This document shows, piece after piece, positions 48,968-58,301 of a stretch of DNA of 64,000 bases. Below the pieces are notes generated by a model. It searched no databases. It was given only the letters and a program-made list of their open reading frames with translations, and was not told the origin of the DNA. Both the position numbers and the translations under genes were made by a program. Numbering within the stretch: the stretch's first letter is position 1; each line of letters starts with the position of its first letter. Source of the DNA: an uncultured Alphaproteobacteria bacterium (GTDB lineage: Bacteria; Pseudomonadota; Alphaproteobacteria; HIMB59; GCA-002718135); contig CACIIL010000001.1 of the NCBI GenBank assembly GCA_902586695.1, positions 22,196 through 86,195 on the forward strand, read 5' to 3'.

Positions 48968-49720
48968 TTATCTTCTTTGCCCAAAAAGCTGAAGAAGTAA
49001 TATAAATAGGTTTATAAAGTCTAGATAAAGCTTTAGAGCCCCCATAAGTGCCTTTTTTGAACCAATTGCTTCGCTGTCGCCCCCATAATACATATTTTTA
49101 ATATTTTGAGTGTCATATGCAGTTAGTCCTACAAAAACGAGTACTCCAATTACGGATATAGCAAACTGCATTGCACTACTACCAATAAACATATTAACAA
49201 TACTTGCTATAATTATTCCTATTAAACCCATAAAAAGAAATCCACCAAGTTTAGTGAGATCTCTTTTTGTTGTGTATCCATATAGACTCATTGCGCCAAA
49301 TGTTCCCGCTGTTATAAAAAATACTCTTGCAATAGAAGTTTGTGTAAACTCAATAAAAACTGATGCCAAAGAAAGCCCCATAATGCTTGCAAATAACCAA
49401 AATGTTATTTGTGCTGTTGAAACTGACATTTTTGATATTCTCGCGCTAAGGTAAAAAACAAAACCAAGTGGAGCAAGCATAATCACCCACTTTAGTGGAG
49501 ATCCAAATAACAAAGCACCAATTTGTGTTACTCCAATAATTTGACCCATTTCGTTTGTAACTATTGAAGCTTTACCAAAAAAATAAGCTATAAAACCTGT
49601 AAGCATTAAACCTATTGTCATATAATTATAGACTTTAAGCATGTAAGCTCTTAAGCCTTCATCAATAGCTGCTTGATCTACTGTTTTAGTAAATGATCGT
49701 TGATTAAAGTCTAAAGCCAT
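48968..49720 (-). CDS. Bax inhibitor-1/YccA family membrane protein
   Basis: Seven predicted TM segments and the family-typical ...FLRKVY-like (YMLKVYNYM) N-terminus and C-terminal LYLDFINLFL.LL.. Confidence 0.9.
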   Translation of the reverse strand: MALDFNQRSFTKTVDQAAIDEGLRAYMLKVYNYMTIGLMLTGFIAYFFGKASIVTNEMGQIIGVTQIGALLFGSPLKWVIMLAPLGFVFYLSARISKMSVSTAQITFWLFASIMGLSLASVFIEFTQTSIARVFFITAGTFGAMSLYGYTTKRDLTKLGGFLFMGLIGIIIASIVNMFIGSSAMQFAISVIGVLVFVGLTAYDTQNIKNMYYGGDSEAIGSKKALMGALKLYLDFINLFILLLQLFGQRR

Positions 49721-49791
49721 AAATTCTCCTTTTAATTATATCTAATATCGCTATAAATCAGACAAATTCAAGGCATTTCTATTAAATATTT

Positions 49792-50841
49792 ATGAAGTAC
49801 AGAAAATTAGGAACAACAGGCTTAGATGTAAGTGTAATTTGTTTAGGTACAATGACTTTTGGTGAGCAGAATACTCAACAGGATGGCTTTGATCAAATGG
49901 ATTATGCTTTTGAAAGAGGGGTTAATTTTTTTGATACTGCTGAACTTTATGCAGTGATGCCTAGAAAAGAAACATATGGTAAAACAGAAGAAATAATAGG
50001 TAATTGGTTTAAAGAAAAAAAAAATAGAGACAAAATTATTTTAGCTTCAAAAATTGCATCTAAATCAGATGGCTTGGAATGGATTAGAGGTGGTGCAGAA
50101 AAATTAGGTTTTGATAAAGCAAATATGAATGCAGCTATAGATGCTAGCCTTAAAAGATTAAAAACAGAATATATAGACTTATACCAACTTCATTGGCCCG
50201 AAAGAAAAATTCCAAGATTTGGTCAATTAGATTATAAATATGATCCGGCTGATAATTGGACATCTATTGAAGAAGTGCTCTACAATTTAAATGAATTAGT
50301 GAAAGCAGGTAAAATTCTTCACGTAGGTCTTTCTAATGAAACACCTTGGGGTATGATGAAATTTTTACAAGTATCAAAAGAAAAAAACTTACCAAGAATG
50401 ATGTCCATTCAAAATGTTTACAGTTTAGTTAATAGAGTTTTTGATATTGCCCATTCAGAAGTTTCAATTGCTGAAAATTTAGGCTTGCTTGCCTATTCAC
50501 CACTTGCTGGTGGGAGATTAAGTGGAAAATATATCGGAGGTGCAAATCCTAAAAATGCTCGTTATACTCTTTGGCCGCGAAGGTTTTCAAGACATCATAC
50601 TGAAAGAGGAGAAATTGCAATTGAGAAATATGTAAATCTCTCAAAGAAATATGGGATAGCGCCCTCCACTTTTGCTAATGCTTTTGTTAATAATCGGCCA
50701 TTTGTTACTAGCAATATAATAGGAGCTACTTCAATGGATCAACTAAAAGAAAATATTGATAGTATTGATATTGTTTTAAGTGATGAAACTTTTTTAGAGA
50801 TTGAGGACATTCATTTAGCCAATCCTAATCCTTGTGTATAA
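49792..50841 (+). CDS. NADP-dependent aldo/keto reductase (Tas-like)
   Basis: MKYRKLG.TGL.VS..CLGTMTFG, FFDTAE.Y, DLYQLHWP, GLSNETPWG and SPLAGG motifs. Confidence 0.9.
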   Translation: MKYRKLGTTGLDVSVICLGTMTFGEQNTQQDGFDQMDYAFERGVNFFDTAELYAVMPRKETYGKTEEIIGNWFKEKKNRDKIILASKIASKSDGLEWIRGGAEKLGFDKANMNAAIDASLKRLKTEYIDLYQLHWPERKIPRFGQLDYKYDPADNWTSIEEVLYNLNELVKAGKILHVGLSNETPWGMMKFLQVSKEKNLPRMMSIQNVYSLVNRVFDIAHSEVSIAENLGLLAYSPLAGGRLSGKYIGGANPKNARYTLWPRRFSRHHTERGEIAIEKYVNLSKKYGIAPSTFANAFVNNRPFVTSNIIGATSMDQLKENIDSIDIVLSDETFLEIEDIHLANPNPCV

Positions 50842-50846
50842 TATTA

Positions 50847-51719
50847 TTATATCTTTAATTTAAGCAAAAGTTTTTTAGTTTCTTTAATATAAGATTTATC
50901 CCATAGCGCAACATTGCATAAAGCATAATATAATTGATAAGCAGGTTCGTAAGTAAGATAATTTTTATCCAACTTAATATAATCATTATATTTTTCTAAA
51001 AAATTAGAATCTATAAAGGAAGGATTAAACCATCTTAGATAAGCAACCTCCATTTCATTGTGTCCAAAAAAAGAACCAGGATCAATAAACCCAATAAATT
51101 TATTTTTTTTAAAGAGAATATTTCCTTCCCACAAATCTCCATGAAGTAAAGAAGCTTTAGGGTTATTTGGAATAAAATTATTAATATTTTTAAATAAAAA
51201 ATTAATTTTTTTATTAACAAAACTACCCATATAATTTTCCAAGTTTGCAGCCTCAAAAATAGGGTTTAATCTTTTGTTTATAAAAAAGGTGGCCCAATTA
51301 TTTTCAAAATCATTAATTTGTTCTAATGCTCCAATTTGAGTATTAAAATTAAATCCATAGAGGTTATTTGATATAGAATGTATTTTAATAATTGACTGCA
51401 AAAAATCTGAGTTAGTGATATTTGGTTTACAGTTATCATTTTCAAAGCATTGAATTATTAAATAATTATTATTGAATTTTATTAATTTGGGAAAAAAATC
51501 AAATTTTTTATTTAAATACTTAAGATTTTTTGCTTCAGATGTTATTGCGTTGAAAAAACTCTTTTTATTTAAATAAAATTTAACAATATATTTTTTGCTA
51601 TCTGATATTTGAATTTTTAAACAAGCAATATCAAATGAAACTTGTAATAAATTATATTTTATTATCTTTCCTTTATTTAATAAACTTTCTATTTCTCTAA
51701 TATGTTTTTTTGTAATCAT
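50847..51719 (-). CDS. Fructosamine kinase family protein
   Basis: LLHGDLWEGN, IDPGSFFGHNEME and Y.LYYALCNVALW patterns of the fructosamine-3-kinase family. Confidence 0.85.
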   Translation of the reverse strand: MITKKHIREIESLLNKGKIIKYNLLQVSFDIACLKIQISDSKKYIVKFYLNKKSFFNAITSEAKNLKYLNKKFDFFPKLIKFNNNYLIIQCFENDNCKPNITNSDFLQSIIKIHSISNNLYGFNFNTQIGALEQINDFENNWATFFINKRLNPIFEAANLENYMGSFVNKKINFLFKNINNFIPNNPKASLLHGDLWEGNILFKKNKFIGFIDPGSFFGHNEMEVAYLRWFNPSFIDSNFLEKYNDYIKLDKNYLTYEPAYQLYYALCNVALWDKSYIKETKKLLLKLKI

Positions 51720-51754
51720 AAATGCTTAGGAAATAAATTTATATAGTTTAATAA

Positions 51755-52750
51755 TTATTCAATTATAGTTTTTATACTTCCAACTTTAATTTTTGCATGA
51801 TTATAAAGATTAAAATTATTCCATAAATTAAAGTTTTTCAATTCTTCTTGGTTTAATATATTAAATTTTTTACACAAATTATAAACTGCTGAGGGCAGGG
51901 CTCTTTCATTACCATCTACAACTTTTAAAATTCCAAAAATACCTTTTTTTAAATGTAAAAATAAAAAAACACCCTCAGCGCCACCTTTGCAAAAAATTTT
52001 TTTGTTTGATATTTTTATTAAGTTACTATCTAAATTATTATTTCCTCCTATAAACATTGGATTTTCAATAATTGAATTAATCATCATTTTTACATCTTTT
52101 GCATATTCGTATTTGCCTTTGTAACTTTTATAAAGATTCCGCAAAGCCTTACCCAGATTTTTTATTTTAAAACCATATTGAGGTGCACTACATCCATCAA
52201 TCCCATAGTCTTTGTTCATTATTTTATTTTCAGTAAATGTAGAAAATACAGATCTTATTTTCTTTTGGTGTGGATGATCAAAGTCTACATAATTTTTTAT
52301 AGAATATTTATTTATTATACAACTTGATAACATTGCCAAATGCTTACCAGCACAATTATTATGTAATTGGAAAGGTTTGTTACCCGATAGAAAAAGTTTT
52401 TCAGTAGATGTTTTGTCTAATGGATTATGTACCCCACATTTTAAGTTTGATATTTCTAAATTTGTTTTACTGAGCCAATTTTTTAATTCATTAATATGAA
52501 AAACTTCTCCAGAATGAGACGAGCATGATAATGCAATTTGTTTTGAATTTAATTTGAAGAAAGTTTTTGCATTTGTTGACACAAACGGAATTGCTTGAAA
52601 TATTTTAATTGAAGATCTTGGAAAAATAAAGTCCTCTTGATTATTGGTTGAAAAAATATTCTCATCATTTATTGAGCCAATGTAACATTTTATATCATGT
52701 ACACTTTCTAGTATATTTCCTCTTTGAAAAGAAACTGAAATTTTACTCAT
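51755..52750 (-). CDS. Asparaginase II family protein
   Basis: RGN..ESVH, PRSSIK.FQA, CSSHSGE..H and NNCAGKH motifs (Asparaginase_II-type). Confidence 0.8.
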   Translation of the reverse strand: MSKISVSFQRGNILESVHDIKCYIGSINDENIFSTNNQEDFIFPRSSIKIFQAIPFVSTNAKTFFKLNSKQIALSCSSHSGEVFHINELKNWLSKTNLEISNLKCGVHNPLDKTSTEKLFLSGNKPFQLHNNCAGKHLAMLSSCIINKYSIKNYVDFDHPHQKKIRSVFSTFTENKIMNKDYGIDGCSAPQYGFKIKNLGKALRNLYKSYKGKYEYAKDVKMMINSIIENPMFIGGNNNLDSNLIKISNKKIFCKGGAEGVFLFLHLKKGIFGILKVVDGNERALPSAVYNLCKKFNILNQEELKNFNLWNNFNLYNHAKIKVGSIKTIIE

Positions 52751-52791
52751 AAGGATTTATATGGTATAATGATAAAACTATACATAAATTT

Positions 52792-53265
52792 ATGAAAAAA
52801 ATAATATTAACACTTACTACTACTTTTTTAATTATTATTTCAAAACAAGCTTTTTCTCTTGAAAAGGGCAAGTGGAATTTTGTTAAAGATAATGACTGGT
52901 GTTATATTGGATCTTTGCCAATAAATTCAGATTTACCAGAAACTAAACAAAGAGGTGATAATTATATATTAGTCTATAAAATTATAGGTAGCGACGAAAA
53001 TATTATTCAAGTAGAAGCTGGCTACAAATATAATTTAGAAAAAAATATTAATGTTAAAATTGATAACACCACTTTTAATTTTTATTCAACGGAAGATTCA
53101 TCTGAAACAGCTTGGACAAATGATGATTCAAAAGTTATTTATGCAATGAAAAAAGGATTAGACTTAACACTTACAGGAGAATCATCAAGAGGAACAGTTA
53201 CAAATGATACTTATACGTTAAAGGGATTTACTGCTGCAATAAATAAACTAAATAATAATTGTTAA
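52792..53265 (+). CDS. Secreted hypothetical protein (possibly IalB-like)
   Basis: Signal peptide. W..C early and [11 protein letters not shown] near the C-terminus are reminiscent of invasion-associated locus B family proteins. Weak evidence. Confidence 0.35.
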   Translation: MKKIILTLTTTFLIIISKQAFSLEKGKWNFVKDNDWCYIGSLPINSDLPETKQRGDNYILVYKIIGSDENIIQVEAGYKYNLEKNINVKIDNTTFNFYSTEDSSETAWTNDDSKVIYAMKKGLDLTLTGESSRGTVTNDTYTLKGFTAAINKLNNNC

Positions 53266-53266
53266 A

Positions 53267-54460
53267 ATGACAAAAAAAATTGTTTTAGCTTATTCAGGCG
53301 GATTGGATACAAGTGTTATTTTAAAATGGTTACAATTAAAATTTAAATGTCCAGTAGTCACCTTTACTGCAGATTTAGGTCAAGGAGAGGAATTAAAACC
53401 TGTTAAAAAAAAAGCAGAATCACTTGGTGTTAAAGAGGTATTTGTTGAAGATTTAAGAGAAGAGTTTGTTGGGGATTATGTGTTTCCAATGTTTAGAGCA
53501 AATACAGTTTACGAAGGTGCATACTTTTTAGGAACTGCTATTGCAAGACCATTGATAGCAAAAAAACAAATAGAAATTGCTAGTCAAGTAGGTGCAGATG
53601 CTGTAGCTCATGGAGCAACAGGCAAAGGAAATGATCAAGTTAGATTTGAGCTAGGTTATTATTCTAACAATCCTAACATTAAAGTTATTTCCCCTTGGAG
53701 AGAGTGGGAGTTAAAATCAAGAAGCGATCTAATTGATTTTGCCGAAAAATATCAAATACCTATCCCTAAAGATAAAAGAGGTGAAGCCCCTTTTAGCACA
53801 GACGCTAATCTTCTTCATACTTCTTCAGAGGGAAAAATTTTAGAAGATCCATGGGTTGAGGCACCCGAGTACGTTTATTCAAGAACAAAATCTTTAGAGA
53901 ATGCAAACCCAGACTCAGAAGAAATTATCATTTCTTTTAAAAATGGTGATGCAGTAGCAATAAATAATAATTCACTTAAGCCCCACGATATTTTGACTAA
54001 GCTAAACACATATGGATTTAATCATGGAATTGGAAGAGAAGATATTGTTGAAAATAGATTTGTTGGAATGAAATCAAGAGGCATTTATGAAACTCCTGGA
54101 GGCACAATATTATTAAAAGCTCATAGAGCATTAGAGAGCATCACCTTAGATAGAGGAGAGGCACATTTGAAAGATGAAATTATGCCTAAATATGCGGAAA
54201 TTATTTACAACGGTTTTTGGTTCTCTTCAGAAAGGTTAGCTTTACAAAATTTGATAGATTCTACACAAAAAAATGTAAATGGCGATGTTAAGCTTAAACT
54301 ATATAAAGGCAATGTTATGGTTCTAGGCAGAAGATCACCAAATAGTAGGTATAATAAATCTTTAGTTTCCTTTGATCAAGAAGGAGATTATGACCAGAAA
54401 GATGCTGAAGGTTTTATAAAAATAAACTCTTTAAGGCTAAAAGATTTTAATAAAAAATAA
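53267..54460 (+). CDS. argG: Argininosuccinate synthase
   Basis: [24 protein letters not shown], and [24 protein letters not shown]. Confidence 0.97.
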   Translation: MTKKIVLAYSGGLDTSVILKWLQLKFKCPVVTFTADLGQGEELKPVKKKAESLGVKEVFVEDLREEFVGDYVFPMFRANTVYEGAYFLGTAIARPLIAKKQIEIASQVGADAVAHGATGKGNDQVRFELGYYSNNPNIKVISPWREWELKSRSDLIDFAEKYQIPIPKDKRGEAPFSTDANLLHTSSEGKILEDPWVEAPEYVYSRTKSLENANPDSEEIIISFKNGDAVAINNNSLKPHDILTKLNTYGFNHGIGREDIVENRFVGMKSRGIYETPGGTILLKAHRALESITLDRGEAHLKDEIMPKYAEIIYNGFWFSSERLALQNLIDSTQKNVNGDVKLKLYKGNVMVLGRRSPNSRYNKSLVSFDQEGDYDQKDAEGFIKINSLRLKDFNKK

Positions 54461-54471
54461 AATTCTTTCTA

Positions 54472-55194
54472 ATGGTTTTTGTTTTTTTGCATATTTTAAA
54501 TAATAACCAAACAGATCAATCAATCTATAAAACTTTTATTAATTCAATTTATACATTTTATCCTGAAGCTGAAGTTGTTCAAGTGAGTGATAAACATACT
54601 CCTGAAATTAATAAAGTTTCAAATGTTTTTAGATATGATGGTGACACAACAAAAATAATGGAGTTTAGAATTAATGCAAACAAAGAACTAGGTCTTAAAA
54701 AACCAGCAATATATTTAGATTCAGATATGATAATTACAAACAGATTTGATATAAATAAAATGTTAAATTTTAATAAAACAATTTTGCTTAGAAGAAGTTT
54801 TGATCTCAATACAAAATTTAATACAAAAATTAAAAATCAAGAATTTGATGAATACTATAATTATACAATTGATAAAGTGTTTCCAATATTGGCTTGTTTG
54901 TTAAAGACTAATTCTTATGCTTTTTGGGAAGAAATGAGTAAATGTCTATATAGTCTGGAAGATAAATTTTTATATTGGTATGGAGATCAAGAAATTTTAA
55001 AAAAACTCTACTTAGAAAATAAAGAGAGATTTTATTTAATTGAAGAGAAACATTTTGCATGCCCACCCCAATTTCTTGATAAGAAAAAATTTCCTTATTT
55101 GATACATTTTAAAGGTTTGCAAAACAAAGAAAATTTTAAAAGCCAAATTAATTTAATTAACAACTACTTAGATGTAGTAAAAAAATCTTTATAA
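54472..55194 (+). CDS. GT-A fold nucleotide-sugar transferase-like protein (GT8-like, tentative)
   Basis: DxD-type YLDSDMII, WYGDQEILKKL (compare GT8 DQD..N) and YLIHFKG. Low similarity. Confidence 0.4.
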   Translation: MVFVFLHILNNNQTDQSIYKTFINSIYTFYPEAEVVQVSDKHTPEINKVSNVFRYDGDTTKIMEFRINANKELGLKKPAIYLDSDMIITNRFDINKMLNFNKTILLRRSFDLNTKFNTKIKNQEFDEYYNYTIDKVFPILACLLKTNSYAFWEEMSKCLYSLEDKFLYWYGDQEILKKLYLENKERFYLIEEKHFACPPQFLDKKKFPYLIHFKGLQNKENFKSQINLINNYLDVVKKSL

Positions 55195-55206
55195 AAAAGT
55201 TAAATT

Positions 55207-56091
55207 TTATTTTAAAGTATTTTTAAATGCCATTGTTGTATTTCTAAGCAAGCAGGCAATTGTCATTGGGCCAACACCACCAGGAACAGGAGTAATTGCT
55301 GAAGCTATTAATTTAGCCTCATCAAAGTTTACATCTCCCACAAGTTTGTTTTTTATTTCTCCTTCAATCTCAACTTCTATACGATTAATTCCAACATCAA
55401 TAACTATTGCATCTTTTTGTATCCAATTACCTTTTACCATCTTTGGCACCCCAACTGCAGCAACTATAATATCGGCCTTTTGACATATATTTTGGATATC
55501 TTTAGTTTTTGAGTGGGCTATCGTCACTGTACAAGATTCTTTTAACAATAATTGAGCCATGGGTTTTCCTATAATATTTGATCGACCTATTACAACCGCA
55601 TTTTTCCCAGATAATTCAACGCCAAGTCCTTTAAGCATTATTAAACATCCGTAGGGAGTACAAGGTATAAGTAAATTTTCATTATTATTACTTGCAATTG
55701 ATAATTTACCAACATTTAATGGATGAAAACCATCAGCGTCTTTGTTTGGATGAATAGAATCTAAAATAATTTGTTCATTTATGTGTTTAGGTAATGGTAG
55801 CTGGACCAGTATACCATTTACATTATCTTGATTATTAAGTGATTGAATTATTTTTAATAATTCTTCCTGAGTAGTTTTTTCAGGCAAATGATGATCAATA
55901 ACATCTATCCCGACCTCTTTAGCACTTTTGGTTTTTGCTTTTACATATATGCTGCTTGCTGCTACATTACCCACTTGAACAACAGCCAATCCAGGAACTT
56001 TGCCTATTTCGGATTTTAAGTCCTCAATTTCTTTTTTTATACTATCTCTTAAATTTTGTGCAATTTCTTTACCATTAATTAATGTTGTCAT
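55207..56091 (-). CDS. folD: Bifunctional methylenetetrahydrofolate dehydrogenase/cyclohydrolase
   Basis: PGLAVVQVG...AS..YV..K, VQLPLP, DGFHP.N.G, GRSNIIGKP and TPVPGGVGPMT. Confidence 0.95.
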   Translation of the reverse strand: MTTLINGKEIAQNLRDSIKKEIEDLKSEIGKVPGLAVVQVGNVAASSIYVKAKTKSAKEVGIDVIDHHLPEKTTQEELLKIIQSLNNQDNVNGILVQLPLPKHINEQIILDSIHPNKDADGFHPLNVGKLSIASNNNENLLIPCTPYGCLIMLKGLGVELSGKNAVVIGRSNIIGKPMAQLLLKESCTVTIAHSKTKDIQNICQKADIIVAAVGVPKMVKGNWIQKDAIVIDVGINRIEVEIEGEIKNKLVGDVNFDEAKLIASAITPVPGGVGPMTIACLLRNTTMAFKNTLK

Positions 56092-56092
56092 T

Positions 56093-56374
56093 TTACCTCG
56101 GCCAATATTCTATTAATAAACTTTTTATAAACCATAAGCCTAAATAGACTACTATAGGGGATATATCTATTGTTCCAAAATTAGGAATGTATCTTCTTAC
56201 TAAATTTAGGCTAGGTTCACAAAGTCGATACATAGCTTCCATAAGAGTATAAACAAAACGATTTGAAGCGTTAATAATATTGAAATTTAATAACCATGTT
56301 GCAATAATGTATATTAACAAAATAAATTGATAGAGGTTAATTATTTGTATTATTAATCCAAGAAGAGAATTCAT
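56093..56374 (-). CDS. YggT family membrane protein
   Basis: About 93 aa with two TM helices and the ...P......IDISPIV... pattern of YggT. Confidence 0.75.
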   Translation of the reverse strand: MNSLLGLIIQIINLYQFILLIYIIATWLLNFNIINASNRFVYTLMEAMYRLCEPSLNLVRRYIPNFGTIDISPIVVYLGLWFIKSLLIEYWPR

Positions 56375-56433
56375 AAAATAGCTATTATTGTATACAAAAA
56401 TATTCTCAACAATAACTTTTTAAAAAATAAAAA

Positions 56434-56453
56434 AAGGCGGCAATAGCCGCCTT
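56434..56453 (-). terminator. Rho-independent terminator downstream of the binding-protein gene
   Basis: The minus strand reads AAGGCGGC-TATT-GCCGCCTT followed by TTTTTATTTTTT. Confidence 0.8.
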
Positions 56454-56477
56454 CCTTTTAAATAAATATAATTTATT

Positions 56478-57323
56478 TTACATTGAAATATCTCTGCCAA
56501 ACCATTTCTTTGTGATTTCGGCAGTAGTGCCATCCGCTGACATTTCAGCAATGACCTTATTCCACATTTCTAATATATCAGTATCTTCTTTTCTGATTGC
56601 ACCTCCAACACCATCTCCAAATACTCCGCCAGAGAAAGTTGGGCCCGTAAATGCAACATCAACACCTCCATCAGATTCCATAAAGTCAATTATAGAACCA
56701 ACATCAGCAAGTATAGCGTCGCATCGACCAGCAGCTAAATCTAAGTTGTGGTCATCAACTGCTTGATACAATTTAACTTTAACAGCACCAGACATATGTT
56801 TTTCTAAAAAATTTTGATGAATGGTTGAAGACTGAACACAAACCGTAGAGCCATTCATTGCTGCAATTAGCTGACCAATGGCTGCTTGTTCTTTACCACC
56901 AGCATTATTTAGATTAACTTTATTTACTCCACCAGTAAATCTGGCAACAGATAAACCTTCTAATCCACTACCTTTTAACACAGCAAAACGAGCACCATCT
57001 GTCATATACCCATTAGTAAAGTTTACCTTTTCTTTTCTCTCTTCAGTAATTGACATACCTGCAATAATGATGTCATATTTTCCTTGAAGTAAAGCTGGAA
57101 TAATTCCATCCCAATCCTGAGTTACCCACTCACAATCAACTTCCATTCTAGCACATGCTTCATTACCAAAGTCAATTTCTGCACCTTCAAGATCTCCTGC
57201 TGAATTTAGATTATTCCAAGGAGGATAAGCCCCCTCAGTACCAATTCTTATAGATTTTGCATTACCTATTGTTGTTAAACTAAGTAAGCTTAATGAAAAC
57301 AATATTAATAAAAATTTTTTCAC
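56478..57323 (-). CDS. ABC transporter periplasmic substrate-binding protein, family 3 (polar amino acid / opine type)
   Basis: Signal peptide, IRIGTEGAYPPWN, DIIIAGMSIT.ER. GTG start preceded by AAGGAGGAAG. GC-richer codon usage suggests high expression. Confidence 0.85.
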   Translation of the reverse strand: MKKFLLILFSLSLLSLTTIGNAKSIRIGTEGAYPPWNNLNSAGDLEGAEIDFGNEACARMEVDCEWVTQDWDGIIPALLQGKYDIIIAGMSITEERKEKVNFTNGYMTDGARFAVLKGSGLEGLSVARFTGGVNKVNLNNAGGKEQAAIGQLIAAMNGSTVCVQSSTIHQNFLEKHMSGAVKVKLYQAVDDHNLDLAAGRCDAILADVGSIIDFMESDGGVDVAFTGPTFSGGVFGDGVGGAIRKEDTDILEMWNKVIAEMSADGTTAEITKKWFGRDISM

Positions 57324-57424
57324 ACTTCCTCCTTATTTATTACTTTAGGAAAGTAATTTTAAATATATTTATAAAGAATTCTTATATCCTAAATGAAAAA
57401 ATTCAATTTAAATACTCCTTTACT

Positions 57425-57802
57425 CTAGTTTTTTTTTAAATTTCTTATAAAAACAAGCATTGAAATCACAAGTAATACAAATGGAAAGAGCCATAAAAGT
57501 AGATTTTTTGAACTAAAATATGGTTTGAACAAAATATACTCACCATATCTTTCGGTTAAAAAATCCTTAATTTCCTTTTCATTCAAACCTTCTTTAAATT
57601 TTTCTTTAACTATCTTTTTAATATCTTTGGCAAAATCAGAGTCAGAGTCGTATACACTTTGATTTTGACATGTCATGCATCTTAGTTCCAGAGTTAGTTT
57701 TTTAACATTATCATTAATATTTTCTTTTGAAAAAGAAGTGTAAGAAAAAGTTATAAAAAATGTAAACAAAAAAAATTTAAAAAAGTTTTGTAATTTCATC
57801 AT
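57425..57802 (-). CDS. ccmH: Cytochrome c-type biogenesis protein CcmH
   Basis: LRCMTCQNQS (LRC..CQ heme-handling motif) followed by a C-terminal TM helix. Confidence 0.8.
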   Translation of the reverse strand: MMKLQNFFKFFLFTFFITFSYTSFSKENINDNVKKLTLELRCMTCQNQSVYDSDSDFAKDIKKIVKEKFKEGLNEKEIKDFLTERYGEYILFKPYFSSKNLLLWLFPFVLLVISMLVFIRNLKKN

Positions 57803-58301
57803 CTATAATTTTTCTTGTTAAAGCACCCGCATGTTTAAATATTATTTTACCTTTATTATTAACAATGTATGTTTCGGGTAAACCAAATACCCCAAATTCA
57901 AAAGCTATTTTTCCTTTTTGATCAACCCCAACAAAAGAGTATGGGTTACCTTCTTCCTTAAGATAGTTTTTTGAATCAGTCGGATTGTCTTTGTATGAAA
58001 CTCCAAAAATAAACAATTCTGGCATTTCTTTTTTTATTTCAAAAAAAAGATTATGTTCTGCTTTACAGGGCGCACACCAAGAGGCAAAAAAATTTATTAG
58101 TGTGTATTTACCCTTTAAATCTTCAGAAACTAAAAATTCATTATCGTTATACAAATTTACTGAAGAAAATATTGGTAAATTTTTATTTAATAATGCACTG
58201 GGTGGATTATTAGGATCTTTTTCAAATAAAATAAAAAGAAGAAAAAATAAACATACAGTTATTAATAAAATCAAAGGTAATAATATAGTTAATTTTTTCA
58301 T
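57777..58301 (-). CDS. ccmG: Thiol:disulfide interchange protein CcmG/DsbE
   Basis: NFFASWCAPCKAEH thioredoxin-fold motif and G.PETY; N-terminal membrane anchor. Confidence 0.9.
   Translation of the reverse strand: MKKLTILLPLILLITVCLFFLLFILFEKDPNNPPSALLNKNLPIFSSVNLYNDNEFLVSEDLKGKYTLINFFASWCAPCKAEHNLFFEIKKEMPELFIFGVSYKDNPTDSKNYLKEEGNPYSFVGVDQKGKIAFEFGVFGLPETYIVNNKGKIIFKHAGALTRKIIDDEITKLF

Noticed and set aside
57340-57356. TTACTTT-AGG-AAAGTAA hairpin between ccmH and the binding-protein gene, considered as a terminator or riboswitch stem.
   Set aside because: The stem is A/T-only with no following T-tract on the relevant strand. It is too weak and unspecific to call.
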